IMG/VR virus record: IMGVR_UViG_3300038393_001395 | Coordinates: 1 to 46,285 of that record | Strand: one strand, 5' to 3' | DNA from: a virus | Lineage: Duplodnaviria; Caudoviricetes | DNA: 46,285 nt | Shown here: piece after piece, positions 17,244 to 25,466 of the stretch | Position numbering within the stretch: the stretch's first letter is position 1 | How the letters are laid out: every line of letters starts with the position of its first letter | Translations under genes and position numbers: made by a program | Notes under the pieces: model-generated | Told to the model about the DNA's origin: nothing | The model's database searches: none | The model's input: only the letters and a program-made list of their open reading frames with translations

Positions 17244-18181
17244 GCGGCGAGCCTTTCGAGGGTCGCGAGCGCGCTCAGCGAGGCGCGGCCGAGGCGGTAC
17301 GGGATTTCCGGGACGACGGCGTTGCCGAGGCCATGCAGGCGGTCCACCCGAGCGGGAACCCCATTAGCCACTCGACCCACGTCGGGTTCAGTTGCCCACC
17401 CCCATGTCGCTCCACGGCGTCCGGCAGGGTGTTGTCCGGGCTCTTGCCCCGGGCGATCAGGCTCTCCGGGCTGGCTCCGCCCTTCCAGTCCCTGGACGAG
17501 GGCGTCGGCCACATGCGAACCGCCGTTTGCAGGTTCACGCCCCCCTGAAGGTTCGGACCCGAGCCCGCTCCCGTCCCGCCATTCGCCCGCGGCGTTGGCC
17601 AGAGCGGCTTCAGAAAGTTCCTGGGCGAGCGCCCGCCGGAACGCATCGCCGAAGCCTTCGTGTTGCTCGCCTCGGGGGTAGGCAACAATCCAGATCCGGT
17701 CGCGTCGGTGAGGGGCGCCAACGGCGGACGCTGGTATGCAGTCCCATTCCGCATCGTACCCGAGCGCGGCCAGGTCTCCGAGAACAACTCCAAGTCCCCG
17801 ACCAAGGAGCGCTGAGACGTTTTCCAGATAGACGAGCCGAACGGGCCGTCCGATGTCACGCAGCTCGCGAAGAAGTCGGGCGATCTGGAACCATAGTCCG
17901 GAACGCGCGCCGTCCAGCCCGGCGCCCTTGCCGGCATAGCTGAGGTCCTGACAGGGGAAGCCTCCGCAGAGGGCGTCCACGGAAATTCCGTCTGCGGCCA
18001 GTCGTTCAGCGGTGAGGGTGTTGACGTCGTCATAGCAGGGAACGTCCGGCCAGTAGTGGTTGAGGAGGTGGCGCGGCTTGGGCAGCACTTCGCAGAAGGC
18101 GACGGTGCGGAACCCGCCGGTGCGTTCCAGGCCGAGGCTGAAGCCGCCGATGCCCGAAAACAGGTCGAGGACGTTGATCAC
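17240..18181 (-). CDS. DNA (cytosine-5) methyltransferase, alpha chain (motifs I-VIII and X, no motif IX)
   Basis: LDLFSGIGG, GGFPCQD, LENV, HRRDRIW and GNAVVP. Confidence 0.92.
   Translation of the reverse strand: MINVLDLFSGIGGFSLGLERTGGFRTVAFCEVLPKPRHLLNHYWPDVPCYDDVNTLTAERLAADGISVDALCGGFPCQDLSYAGKGAGLDGARSGLWFQIARLLRELRDIGRPVRLVYLENVSALLGRGLGVVLGDLAALGYDAEWDCIPASAVGAPHRRDRIWIVAYPRGEQHEGFGDAFRRALAQELSEAALANAAGEWRDGSGLGSEPSGGREPANGGSHVADALVQGLEGRSQPGEPDRPGQEPGQHPAGRRGATWGWATEPDVGRVANGVPARVDRLHGLGNAVVPEIPYRLGRASLSALATLERLAA
17275..18033 (-). CDS. Nested alternate-frame C5-MTase beta chain (three PTP repeats plus motif IX)
   Basis: LLPTP/LWPTP/MWPTP repeats and LNPTWVEWLMGFPLGWT; lies wholly inside the alpha gene; start uncertain. 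Confidence 0.75.
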   Translation of the reverse strand: MTTSTPSPLNDWPQTEFPWTPSAEASPVRTSAMPARAPGWTARVPDYGSRSPDFFASCVTSDGPFGSSIWKTSQRSLVGDLELFSETWPRSGTMRNGTAYQRPPLAPLTDATGSGLLPTPEASNTKASAMRSGGRSPRNFLKPLWPTPRANGGTGAGSGPNLQGGVNLQTAVRMWPTPSSRDWKGGASPESLIARGKSPDNTLPDAVERHGGGQLNPTWVEWLMGFPLGWTACMASATPSSRKSRTASAAPR

Positions 18182-18528
18182 CCCTCACCCCCTTCCCGCG
18201 TGTGTTGGGCGGAGAGGTACGCGCTGAACCGATGAAGCGCGGTCGCGAAGGCCACGCGCTCGCGCTCGGCCTGAAGCCAACGGAGGGCGAGCCGCGCGGG
18301 GCGGGGCATGGTCCCGCCTTTGCACCAGCGACTGACCGCGCTGCTGTCGACCCCCAGTTCCTCGGCGATGCGGCTTCGCCAGCCCACGCCGTAGACCTCG
18401 CGCGCCTCGCTCAGCAGCGCGAACGCCTCGGGATCGCACGCGGCCAGATCGTCCGCCTGAACCCGCTTCAGCAGCCCTTCCAGGCTATCGCCTTTAGTCA
18501 TGGGAGGGGTCATGCGCAAAACTCCCAC
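18178..18528 (-). CDS. XRE-type HTH protein
   Basis: IAEELGVDSSAVSRWCKG. Confidence 0.7.
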   Translation of the reverse strand: MGVLRMTPPMTKGDSLEGLLKRVQADDLAACDPEAFALLSEAREVYGVGWRSRIAEELGVDSSAVSRWCKGGTMPRPARLALRWLQAERERVAFATALHRFSAYLSAQHTREGGEG

Positions 18529-18992
18529 AGCAGTTTGTCCTCGGTCGGATGCTTGTCGGCGCGCGGGCGCGATGGCGTGTCCCAGCTGCGACCCTTCACT
18601 TCGGCCACCTTGGTCCAGCCCGCGACACGCAGGCTATCGCCGCTTTCACGGGCCAGCGTGTAGGTCCCGATGCGGCGAAACCCCATCGCCATGGCCGCCC
18701 GTGCACACCTGGCCAGGAGGAAGGAACAGACGCTGGACGCGTGGGCCTTGCCGTCGCGGCCTATCGCCGGCGGAAGGTCTGACCTCGCGCACAGGCGGGT
18801 GATCTCAGCGGTGGAGCCGTCGTCCCGGTGTCGGGAGACGGGCCGCCCGACGATGGCCACGCCAACCAGCTCGCCGGCGCGGTATGCGCCCAGGCTGAAC
18901 AGGTGGCCAACCGGCGGAGTGTGGTGGCGGTGATGCTGGGCCACGAACGCGCGCGCCGTGTCGAAGTCTACGCGACCGTGCGTGAGCCTCAT
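18510..18992 (-). CDS. XF1762/Mom-like GNAT-fold protein
   Basis: FV..HHRHH.PP.G, GVAIVGRPV.R..DDG.T.EITRLC, TYTL..ESG.SLR.AGW. Confidence 0.75.
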   Translation of the reverse strand: MRLTHGRVDFDTARAFVAQHHRHHTPPVGHLFSLGAYRAGELVGVAIVGRPVSRHRDDGSTAEITRLCARSDLPPAIGRDGKAHASSVCSFLLARCARAAMAMGFRRIGTYTLARESGDSLRVAGWTKVAEVKGRSWDTPSRPRADKHPTEDKLLWEFCA

Positions 18993-19507
18993 TCCGCCCC
19001 TCCCCCCGCCTGAGACGCGATGAGGGAGCGGACGTAGTTGACGGCTTCAGCGATGAACCGGGCGTCGCGCTGCGCCAGTTCGATGAACGGCCGGCGCTCC
19101 TCATCGGTGCCGCTTTTGCAGGCGTACGACCCAGCCGTTCCGACGCAGCCGGCGTCCGCGAAGACGTGGCGCATCTCGTCGCCCTGAACACGCCACGGCC
19201 CTTCCGTCGCCTTCTCCGCCAGTTCGACAAGCTCGGCAGGCAAGGCGGGGGCGGCCTGGTTCGCGACAACCGCATCCCGCATACGGATCGCTTCCGCCTC
19301 GTCAGGGGCGTACACCGAAGCGGTCCAGAGATGGCCCTCTTCAACCGCAGGCCCGGCGACGGGGGCGGGAGGGGCGGACGACATGGCGGCGAACGCGGAC
19401 TCAACACGACGGGACACGTCGTCAGCCACGGCTTTGGGCGCTTCCAGGTACAGCGCACGCAGGCCGCGCCGCGCCTCCTCGACAACGCGCTTCACGGCCT
19501 CACCCAT
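18989..19507 (-). CDS. Hypothetical protein (Ead/Ea22-like ATEGPW motif)
   Basis: LAEKATEGPW...DARFIAEA pattern. Confidence 0.6.
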   Translation of the reverse strand: MGEAVKRVVEEARRGLRALYLEAPKAVADDVSRRVESAFAAMSSAPPAPVAGPAVEEGHLWTASVYAPDEAEAIRMRDAVVANQAAPALPAELVELAEKATEGPWRVQGDEMRHVFADAGCVGTAGSYACKSGTDEERRPFIELAQRDARFIAEAVNYVRSLIASQAGGGAE

Positions 19508-19748
19508 TGGCGGCCTCGGCTTTCTGGATGGCGGCGGGCTTGAACGTGTTCCACCAGTTCATGAGATCGCCGATGCAGTTCGGGCAGAGGTCCTTGAAGG
19601 TTTTCCCGTCCATCGAGCCGATCCACTTCGGCCCGTTCGACTGAGCGGCCGTGATCCGGCCCCACTCGTAGGCCCGAAAATCCTGCCGGATTTCCTCGAC
19701 GTGCCCGCAACGGTCGCACGTCATGACGGGGACGCTGGACTTAGCCAT
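19500..19748 (-). CDS. Zn-finger hypothetical protein
   Basis: TCDRCG...DLCPNC. Confidence 0.65.
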   Translation of the reverse strand: MAKSSVPVMTCDRCGHVEEIRQDFRAYEWGRITAAQSNGPKWIGSMDGKTFKDLCPNCIGDLMNWWNTFKPAAIQKAEAANG

Positions 19749-20301
19749 TGGCGCGGGCCTCCGCTTGGGCGGCGCGGTCGAGGGCGGCGTTCATGGCCTT
19801 GAGGTCGCCGATGCGGACCCTGACCGTGAGTTCCACCTGGTCGTCGTCGCGAAGGGGAGCCCAGCCGTTGGTCGGCTTGCCGAAGTAGCCCGTCGCCAGC
19901 CTCAGCGCCCCCACCAGTTCCCCGACTAGATCGGCAGGGGGAGGGGGGAGGGCGGCTCGAACCTTGCCCGTAACCGCGTCGTGGCGAGAGTCGGCGAGCA
20001 CGGCGCGGATATATCTCCCGTGCCAGCGGGAGTATTCCTCACACCACTCGGCGTTAGGGTACAGCAGCGGGTGAGGCGGCATGGCACCCGGCACGACCAC
20101 GGGCGAGGCGCCCACCTCGGCAGGGGAGGGAGACTGAGGGGCGGCGGCGAGCATGGCGGCCCACATCTCGGGCACGCTGGCGAACACGGTCTCGGCCGCC
20201 GCGTGGGCGGCGAAGTGCGCGTTGACCATCGCTTCGGTCGGCTCGACCGGGACGAGCTTCCACCCGCCCCCCGCCTGTTCTTCTCGGGTGAGGTCAGCCA
20301 T
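19741..20301 (-). CDS. Hypothetical phage protein
   Basis: GWKLVPVEPTEAM...MWAAMLAAAP motif common in phage early proteins. Confidence 0.65.
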   Translation of the reverse strand: MADLTREEQAGGGWKLVPVEPTEAMVNAHFAAHAAAETVFASVPEMWAAMLAAAPQSPSPAEVGASPVVVPGAMPPHPLLYPNAEWCEEYSRWHGRYIRAVLADSRHDAVTGKVRAALPPPPADLVGELVGALRLATGYFGKPTNGWAPLRDDDQVELTVRVRIGDLKAMNAALDRAAQAEARANG

Positions 20302-20953
20302 GTCTCGTCTCCTTGCGGACGACCGAGCCGTCCAGCTTCTTGGTGTGGGTCTGGGAGAAGCCGCGGCCCTGGAGGCGGGCTTTCGGGGAGGTTCGGCCCG
20401 CCTGGGTCGGCCGGGGGCGCGGCTCGACGGCTCGGGCTTCGACGGCGAAGCGGCGCACCACGGCGCGGCCGGCGACGGCGTCGGGCCGGGCGGCCACCAG
20501 GGCGGCGCACAGGTCGGCGATGCGGTCGCCGATGTTCAGCCGGTCCCAGAACTTGCGCTGGCCCTTGTCGCAGGCGTTCGGCGCGAGCTGGTGGTGCCAG
20601 CGGCAGAGCCCGACGCTCTTCTCGTCGTCGGAGCGCACGCCCTTGCCCGAGCCGGTCCAGCCCTTGGAGGCGATGGCGAGCTTCTGGTGCGCCGCCTCCA
20701 GCGGGTTGGGCTCGCTTTTCGTGTCTGGGGCACCCTCGATCTCGCAGGCCACGCACAGGCCCACCTCATGGATGAACCCGAGGTGGTCGGCGCAGCGCAC
20801 CCGCGGCCGGCGTTGGCCTTCCGCCGCGGGCTGCACCTTCGCCGGGCGGAGCTTCTTGTTCTCCTTGCGGACCCTGGCCTTGATGGCGTGCGCTCTCGCC
20901 AGAAGCTCTCGCTCCTCCAAGGTCAGGACGCGGCGGTGAATCGGCGGCTGCAT
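20294..20953 (-). CDS. HNH-like Zn nuclease (DUF968/Ref-like), 219 aa
   Basis: LCVAC...EAAH...DD....LCRWHH; ATG overlaps upstream stop. Confidence 0.7.
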   Translation of the reverse strand: MQPPIHRRVLTLEERELLARAHAIKARVRKENKKLRPAKVQPAAEGQRRPRVRCADHLGFIHEVGLCVACEIEGAPDTKSEPNPLEAAHQKLAIASKGWTGSGKGVRSDDEKSVGLCRWHHQLAPNACDKGQRKFWDRLNIGDRIADLCAALVAARPDAVAGRAVVRRFAVEARAVEPRPRPTQAGRTSPKARLQGRGFSQTHTKKLDGSVVRKETRHG

Positions 20954-21969
20954 CAGGCGAACGCCTCTTCGCGTTCGGCCCTGACGTATTCCAGTTCGGC
21001 GAGACGGTCCGGGTCCTTGCTGTCCAGTTCGGCGCGCAGCTTGGCGCACTTCGACCAGGCGGCTTCGAACGCTTCGGGGGACTCGGCCGAGCGCAGGGCG
21101 TTGATCGCCATTTCGGTGCGCTGTTCGAGGGTCAGGAGCGAAGAACCGGAGGTCATGCCGGGAATGGCCGGTTTGGCCCGTTCCGCCGCCGGCACGCCGC
21201 CACGGGCCCATTCCGCGAGCAGCTTGCCGTGCTTCTCCGACAGCGGCTCCTTGCCCCCGAACATGTCGCGGAACTGGCCGGGGAGCTTCATCGCCATGCG
21301 CTCGCCCGGATGCTCTGAGTTCCAGGTCGGGACCCCGTCCGAGCGCGGGTGCAGCAGCGCGCTCATGGTCATTTCGTATACGAACTCGGGACCGGCGATG
21401 GGGGTGAACCCCATGTCCACCGGCTTGGTCTTGCCGTCCTTGGGGTCCTTCATCGGCTTGGTCTTCTCGCCGGCGCGGAAGCACATGATGCAGGACACGC
21501 CGAGCTGGACGATGCCGTTGAGAAGCTGGCGGCGGGCGGCCTTGGGCTTCTGCCAGGCGAGCATCTGCATTCGCTCGCGCTTGCCGTAGTCCTGCCCGGC
21601 CATGCGGGTGAGTTCGGTCTCGTGGGCGTCGAGCAGGCCGCCCGGCCCCTCGTGCTCGTGCGACATGGAGTCGACCACGACCACGCCGGCTTTCTCGCTG
21701 ACGCAATGGGCGATGGCGGCGAGGTAGTCGAGCGAGCCGAACGGGGCTCCGAACTCGACGTGCTGGAACTTGAACTGTTCCGCGTAGTGCAGGGCGCGCC
21801 GGGCCTCGGTGTCGATGAAGAAGATTTCGCCGCCGGTCACGGCTTGGATGCCGGACGCCATGCGAAGCGCGGAGAAGGTCTTGCCAGAGCCGGACGGCCC
21901 GACCAGGCCGACCAGCAGCGGGACTTGTTCGCGCACGGCGGCGCGCGCGGTGAAGGTGCGGGCGGTCAA
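20953..21969 (-). CDS. AAA/P-loop ATPase, Sak4-like recombination protein
   Basis: Walker A GPSGSGKT, IDTE, VVVDS; follows the RecE-like exonuclease; TTG start coupled to upstream stop. Confidence 0.8.
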   Translation of the reverse strand: MTARTFTARAAVREQVPLLVGLVGPSGSGKTFSALRMASGIQAVTGGEIFFIDTEARRALHYAEQFKFQHVEFGAPFGSLDYLAAIAHCVSEKAGVVVVDSMSHEHEGPGGLLDAHETELTRMAGQDYGKRERMQMLAWQKPKAARRQLLNGIVQLGVSCIMCFRAGEKTKPMKDPKDGKTKPVDMGFTPIAGPEFVYEMTMSALLHPRSDGVPTWNSEHPGERMAMKLPGQFRDMFGGKEPLSEKHGKLLAEWARGGVPAAERAKPAIPGMTSGSSLLTLEQRTEMAINALRSAESPEAFEAAWSKCAKLRAELDSKDPDRLAELEYVRAEREEAFA

Positions 21970-22907
21970 AACTGGCCCTCCGGTCCGTTCAGGGTTTCGT
22001 CGGTCATCACCCGGTTCTCCCACCGGCTCAGAAGCCAAGGGGCGGGGGAGGCGCTGAAGGGCTTGCGCGGGTAGCCGGGGAACTCGCCCGTCGCCATGGC
22101 GCGGTCCCAGATGGCGCAGGCCATTTCGACCTGTTCGTCCGCCAGCGAGCGCCCGGCTTCGCTGACCTCGGGGACGCAGATTTCGAAGGGCGGCTCTTGC
22201 TCCTGCACCACGAAGAAGAAGCGGCGGCGGCCGGCGCCCAGCGGGTCGAGAATGTCGAGCCCGCGCCGGTAGAACGCCTCTTGGAAGTGGTAATTGCAGG
22301 AGTAGAGCAGCGCCTCGGCTTCGGGCGGGGCGGCGCTGCGGGCCGTGGTCTTGAAGTCCACGATCACGCGGGCGTCGGGGGTCATGCGGTCGATCAGGCC
22401 GCGCCGCCAGAACCCGCCCTCTTCCCAGGCGAGCATCGCCTCGGCCACCTTGGAGCCGCCGAGCAGGTCGGCGATCACCGGGCGGGCGATCTCGGCCATG
22501 CGCTTGGCCCTGCGAAAGTCCTTGGTCTTGAGCGGGATCGCGCCGCGCGCCATGGCCGCATCCCGCTCCTCGCGGGCGGCCTTGGTGGTGAACGCCTTGG
22601 CCTCGATCTCCACGACCTCGGCCCCGACCCCGAAGGCGAAGGCGTGCGCGGCCTTCCCGATCTCGCGGGCGGCGACGTACTTCTCTTCGGCTTCGTCCTC
22701 GTCGGACTCCACCACGGAAAGCCGGGGGTGCTTCGCCTTCGCATGGGCGAGCGAGCGGACCAGGGCGACTTTGCCGATGGATGAAGACAGCGCCGGGGCC
22801 GGGCAGGGGTCGGAGTGGTACACGTCCTCGGGGACGCCGAGGTAGAGGCCCGGCCCGGTGATCGCGCCAGACCAGATGGCGGCGCGGAACTGCGGTTGCG
22901 CGTTCAT
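21966..22907 (-). CDS. RecE/ExoVIII-like PD-(D/E)XK exonuclease (DUF3799)
   Basis: YH...LSSS, IG.AAH, RG.ID...IVDFKT, YHFQ.AFY motifs. Confidence 0.85.
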   Translation of the reverse strand: MNAQPQFRAAIWSGAITGPGLYLGVPEDVYHSDPCPAPALSSSIGKVALVRSLAHAKAKHPRLSVVESDEDEAEEKYVAAREIGKAAHAFAFGVGAEVVEIEAKAFTTKAAREERDAAMARGAIPLKTKDFRRAKRMAEIARPVIADLLGGSKVAEAMLAWEEGGFWRRGLIDRMTPDARVIVDFKTTARSAAPPEAEALLYSCNYHFQEAFYRRGLDILDPLGAGRRRFFFVVQEQEPPFEICVPEVSEAGRSLADEQVEMACAIWDRAMATGEFPGYPRKPFSASPAPWLLSRWENRVMTDETLNGPEGQF

Positions 22908-22999
22908 CAGATCGCTCCCGAGAAGTGGAGAAGGGCGGTGGCGGCGAGGGCGACGGGGACCATGGCGAGCATGATCCGGTCGGCGAGGGCGGGGTTCAC
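22907..22999 (-). CDS. 30-aa TM micro-protein
   Basis: Fills the gap with coupled start and stop; hydrophobic. Confidence 0.45.
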   Translation of the reverse strand: MNPALADRIMLAMVPVALAATALLHFSGAI

Positions 23000-23247
23000 G
23001 CCAGCGCCCTCCCCATGGCGCGGGCGAGGACACCCAGCTTGGTCACGTCCACCTGGGCCCGAGCGAGCCCGGCGGGGGTGGTGTAGCCCTCAAAGGCGGC
23101 CTGAACGGACCGGGCGAGGGTGACGAGCCGGGCCGCGTCGGCGCGGGCGCCCGGATACACCGTCACGGTCGGAGGACCGGCGTTGAGGGGGGCGGCCACC
23201 ACGGGGCCAGCCCCCTCGGTGACGAGGCGGAGGGAGGCGCGGGACAT
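22996..23247 (-). CDS. Hypothetical protein
   Basis: Coupled early-operon ORF. Confidence 0.55.
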   Translation of the reverse strand: MSRASLRLVTEGAGPVVAAPLNAGPPTVTVYPGARADAARLVTLARSVQAAFEGYTTPAGLARAQVDVTKLGVLARAMGRALA

Positions 23248-23567
23248 CAGGCGGCACCTTTCAGAAGGTCAGCGGCCGGTCCTGAGGAGGAAGGGGCAGG
23301 ACCGGCCGCGTCATTCCCGCCCTCGGTACGCGCGTCGGGGGTAGGGGACGCAGGGCGGGAAGGGGTGGGGGAGAGGGCCTCGGCCCGGCGCATTTCGGCG
23401 CGAAGGCCCGCCATCTGAGCGGTGAGGCGGTCGAAGGCGTCGAAGGCCCGCTCGAGTTGGCACTCGGCGTAGTGTTTGCCGAGGCCTTCCGTGTGGAAGG
23501 CGGCGCGCAGGGCGGTCTCGGCCATGTGCGCGTTCTCGGCCGCGTTGATGAGGCGGGAGGCGTTCAC
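23247..23567 (-). CDS. Hypothetical protein
   Basis: GTG start overlapping upstream stop; GAGGG RBS. Confidence 0.55.
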   Translation of the reverse strand: MNASRLINAAENAHMAETALRAAFHTEGLGKHYAECQLERAFDAFDRLTAQMAGLRAEMRRAEALSPTPSRPASPTPDARTEGGNDAAGPAPSSSGPAADLLKGAA

Positions 23568-23752
23568 AGCGGGGCCCTCCACACCAGCACCAGCGCCACC
23601 CCGGCGGCGCAGACGGCGAACAGCAGGTTGCTGAGCGGCGCGTCGTCGGTGTTCAGGTGGAAGTCCCGCTCCAGATAGCGGCCCCGCCACACGGCGGCGT
23701 GGTAGGCGGCGACCAGAAGGGCGCACGCGGGGATGAGGACGAGGGGGGACAT
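23564..23752 (-). CDS. Small 2-TM membrane protein
   Basis: Two hydrophobic helices; coupled start. Confidence 0.55.
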   Translation of the reverse strand: MSPLVLIPACALLVAAYHAAVWRGRYLERDFHLNTDDAPLSNLLFAVCAAGVALVLVWRAPL

Positions 23753-23913
23753 CAGCGGGCCCCGCTTTCGAGGAGCCACAGCTCGCGGGTGATCTCGTTG
23801 ACGGCTTCGCGGGCGTCGGCGGCGGCGGCGGCGGTCTCGGCTTCGGCGAGGGCTTCGCGCGCCTCGTCCAGTTCAGCCTCAAGGCCCGCGATCCGCTGGC
23901 TGGCGTAGATCAT
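23752..23913 (-). CDS. 53-aa coiled-coil protein
   Basis: Read by hand (MIYASQRIAGLEAELDEARE...); GAGGA RBS. Confidence 0.5.
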   Translation of the reverse strand: MIYASQRIAGLEAELDEAREALAEAETAAAAADAREAVNEITRELWLLESGAR

Positions 23914-24053
23914 CGGTCTTCCTCGGTTTCGGTGTGGGTGTCGTCGCGCCGGTCCAGCGCGGTCGGGTCGATCCCCCGTCCCATCGCGTCCAGCACTCGG
24001 GACAGGGGGAGGGCGATCAGCTCCTCGGCTCGTTCGGTCGGGGCGGGGCTCAT
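23910..24053 (-). CDS. 47-aa hypothetical protein
   Basis: GGAGG RBS; coupled. Confidence 0.45.
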   Translation of the reverse strand: MSPAPTERAEELIALPLSRVLDAMGRGIDPTALDRRDDTHTETEEDR

Positions 24054-24364
24054 CACGCCCGCACCTCCGGGGCGTTCGCCGCCGCCTTCTCCAGCGCCGA
24101 GACCAGCTCCCGCGCCGAGCGCAGGGCCCGCGCCGCAGCGTCCGCCGCCAGCTTGTCGTCCCTCGCCGGCAGGAACGGACGGCGCCGGTCGTCCAGAACC
24201 CGGATCAGGTCGGGGCCCATCTGACGGTGCGCGATCTCCGCCTGGATCAGCGCGTTGAGGAACGTGCGCGGACGATCCGACGACGCGGCGACGGCGCGAT
24301 CCGCCTCCGCCCACAGCGCGTCAGGCGCGGGCTTCTCGCCCTGAATGTTCGGCTGGTGCTGCAT
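24053..24364 (-). CDS. First gene of the leftward early operon, hypothetical
   Basis: GAGGGGGAG RBS just downstream of PL. Confidence 0.65.
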   Translation of the reverse strand: MQHQPNIQGEKPAPDALWAEADRAVAASSDRPRTFLNALIQAEIAHRQMGPDLIRVLDDRRRPFLPARDDKLAADAAARALRSARELVSALEKAAANAPEVRA

Positions 24365-24394
24365 CCCGTGCGGCTCCCCCTCGGTGTGAGAGGA

Positions 24395-24436
24395 AGATTA
24401 TCGGGCGGTCCGATAATGTCAATCGGACAATCCGAT
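24395..24436 (-). promoter_or_regulatory. PL promoter with OL operators (24400-24414, 24422-24436)
   Basis: Minus strand TTGACA-16nt-TAATCT; operators ATCGGGCGGTCCGAT and ATCGGACAATCCGAT. Confidence 0.75.
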
Positions 24437-24463
24437 AAAATCGAACACGTATCGAGCGGGCAC

Positions 24464-24487
24464 AAAAAAGCCCCGCCGAAGCGGGGC
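24464..24487 (-). terminator. Terminator of the cI immunity transcript
   Basis: Minus strand GCCCCGC-TTCG-GCGGGGC followed by T6. Confidence 0.8.
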
Positions 24488-24512
24488 CTGCGTTAAACGG
24501 TTGGATCGGTCG

Positions 24513-25448
24513 TCAGAACCGGATCGGGACCACGACCAGGGCGCCAGTCGTGGCCCCGCCGTCCACCGTCCGTGCGGACGACCGATAGAACCTCGTCGCC
24601 CTCAACGCGGGTTCGGCGACCGCAGCCGGAACGGCGCTTGTAACCTCGCAATCGGACAACTCGCCCGACCCGCCGATGACGCATTCCAGCATGGCGCGCC
24701 CGCTTCCGGCCGGCGCTTCGGCGGCGAGCTGCTCGGCCGATGGCCGGGACACCCAATTGGGGTTCGTCACGACGCGCGTCGGTCGGCGTCCCCGCATCCG
24801 CGCCAGCTCGCTCCCGTTGGCATCCACCACGGCCACGCGGCTAAACACGGCTGAGACCGCGCATCGGCGCGTAGTGACCTGGGTTGGGTCGTCAAAGGTC
24901 GGACTCTCATAGCCGTCCTCGCAGGTTATGGCGCGCCCGTTCGGAGCGACAATGCTGCCCTCCATGACCAGCCTCATCTCTGACGCCAGCGCCCGAGCTT
25001 TGGCGGGCGGCACCTGAAGCGAGACGTCGAACCCCGTAAGGTCGTCGCCTGTCAGGACGTAACGAAGGCGGATATAGGACTTCACCTTTACCTTGGCCCC
25101 GAACGCATTCTGGGCTGGGGTCTCTCCGACTTTTCTCGTCACCGAGTAGAAGACCGCGTCCCGGTACATTCCGGCATGAATGCCGAGCGTCTGCGTGTTC
25201 GGGTCGTAGGTCCAATACGCCGAGCCGCCAGTCCCGTCGTCTTTACTCAGCAGGGGGAGGCTGACCCTGAACGCTTTTCCCGCGAGATCGGCTCCGGCGG
25301 GACCAGGCTCAAACCGGTCTTTGCGCTCGTAAGTCGCTACCGTCCTGGTGGCGTTGAAAAGGTCGTCGTCGGTCAGGGGCGAGGCGGCTCGGGCTGGAAG
25401 TGTCGGGCCCATCGCCAAGGCCAAGCCTATCAGGTAGTGCCGCATCAC
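24513..25448 (-). CDS. Secreted protein with C-terminal TonB-C domain
   Basis: Signal peptide (MRHYLIGLALAMG...ARA); C-terminal NPNWVSRPS...GRAMLEC.I..SG.LSDCEV...VDG...VVVPIRF. Confidence 0.7.
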   Translation of the reverse strand: MMRHYLIGLALAMGPTLPARAASPLTDDDLFNATRTVATYERKDRFEPGPAGADLAGKAFRVSLPLLSKDDGTGGSAYWTYDPNTQTLGIHAGMYRDAVFYSVTRKVGETPAQNAFGAKVKVKSYIRLRYVLTGDDLTGFDVSLQVPPAKARALASEMRLVMEGSIVAPNGRAITCEDGYESPTFDDPTQVTTRRCAVSAVFSRVAVVDANGSELARMRGRRPTRVVTNPNWVSRPSAEQLAAEAPAGSGRAMLECVIGGSGELSDCEVTSAVPAAVAEPALRATRFYRSSARTVDGGATTGALVVVPIRF

Positions 25449-25466
25449 GTCCCCCTCGGTGTGTGC

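Noticed and set aside
20954-21706. 470-aa version of the HNH-like nuclease
   Set aside because: The upstream part is off-frame over the ATPase gene; the real start is 20953.
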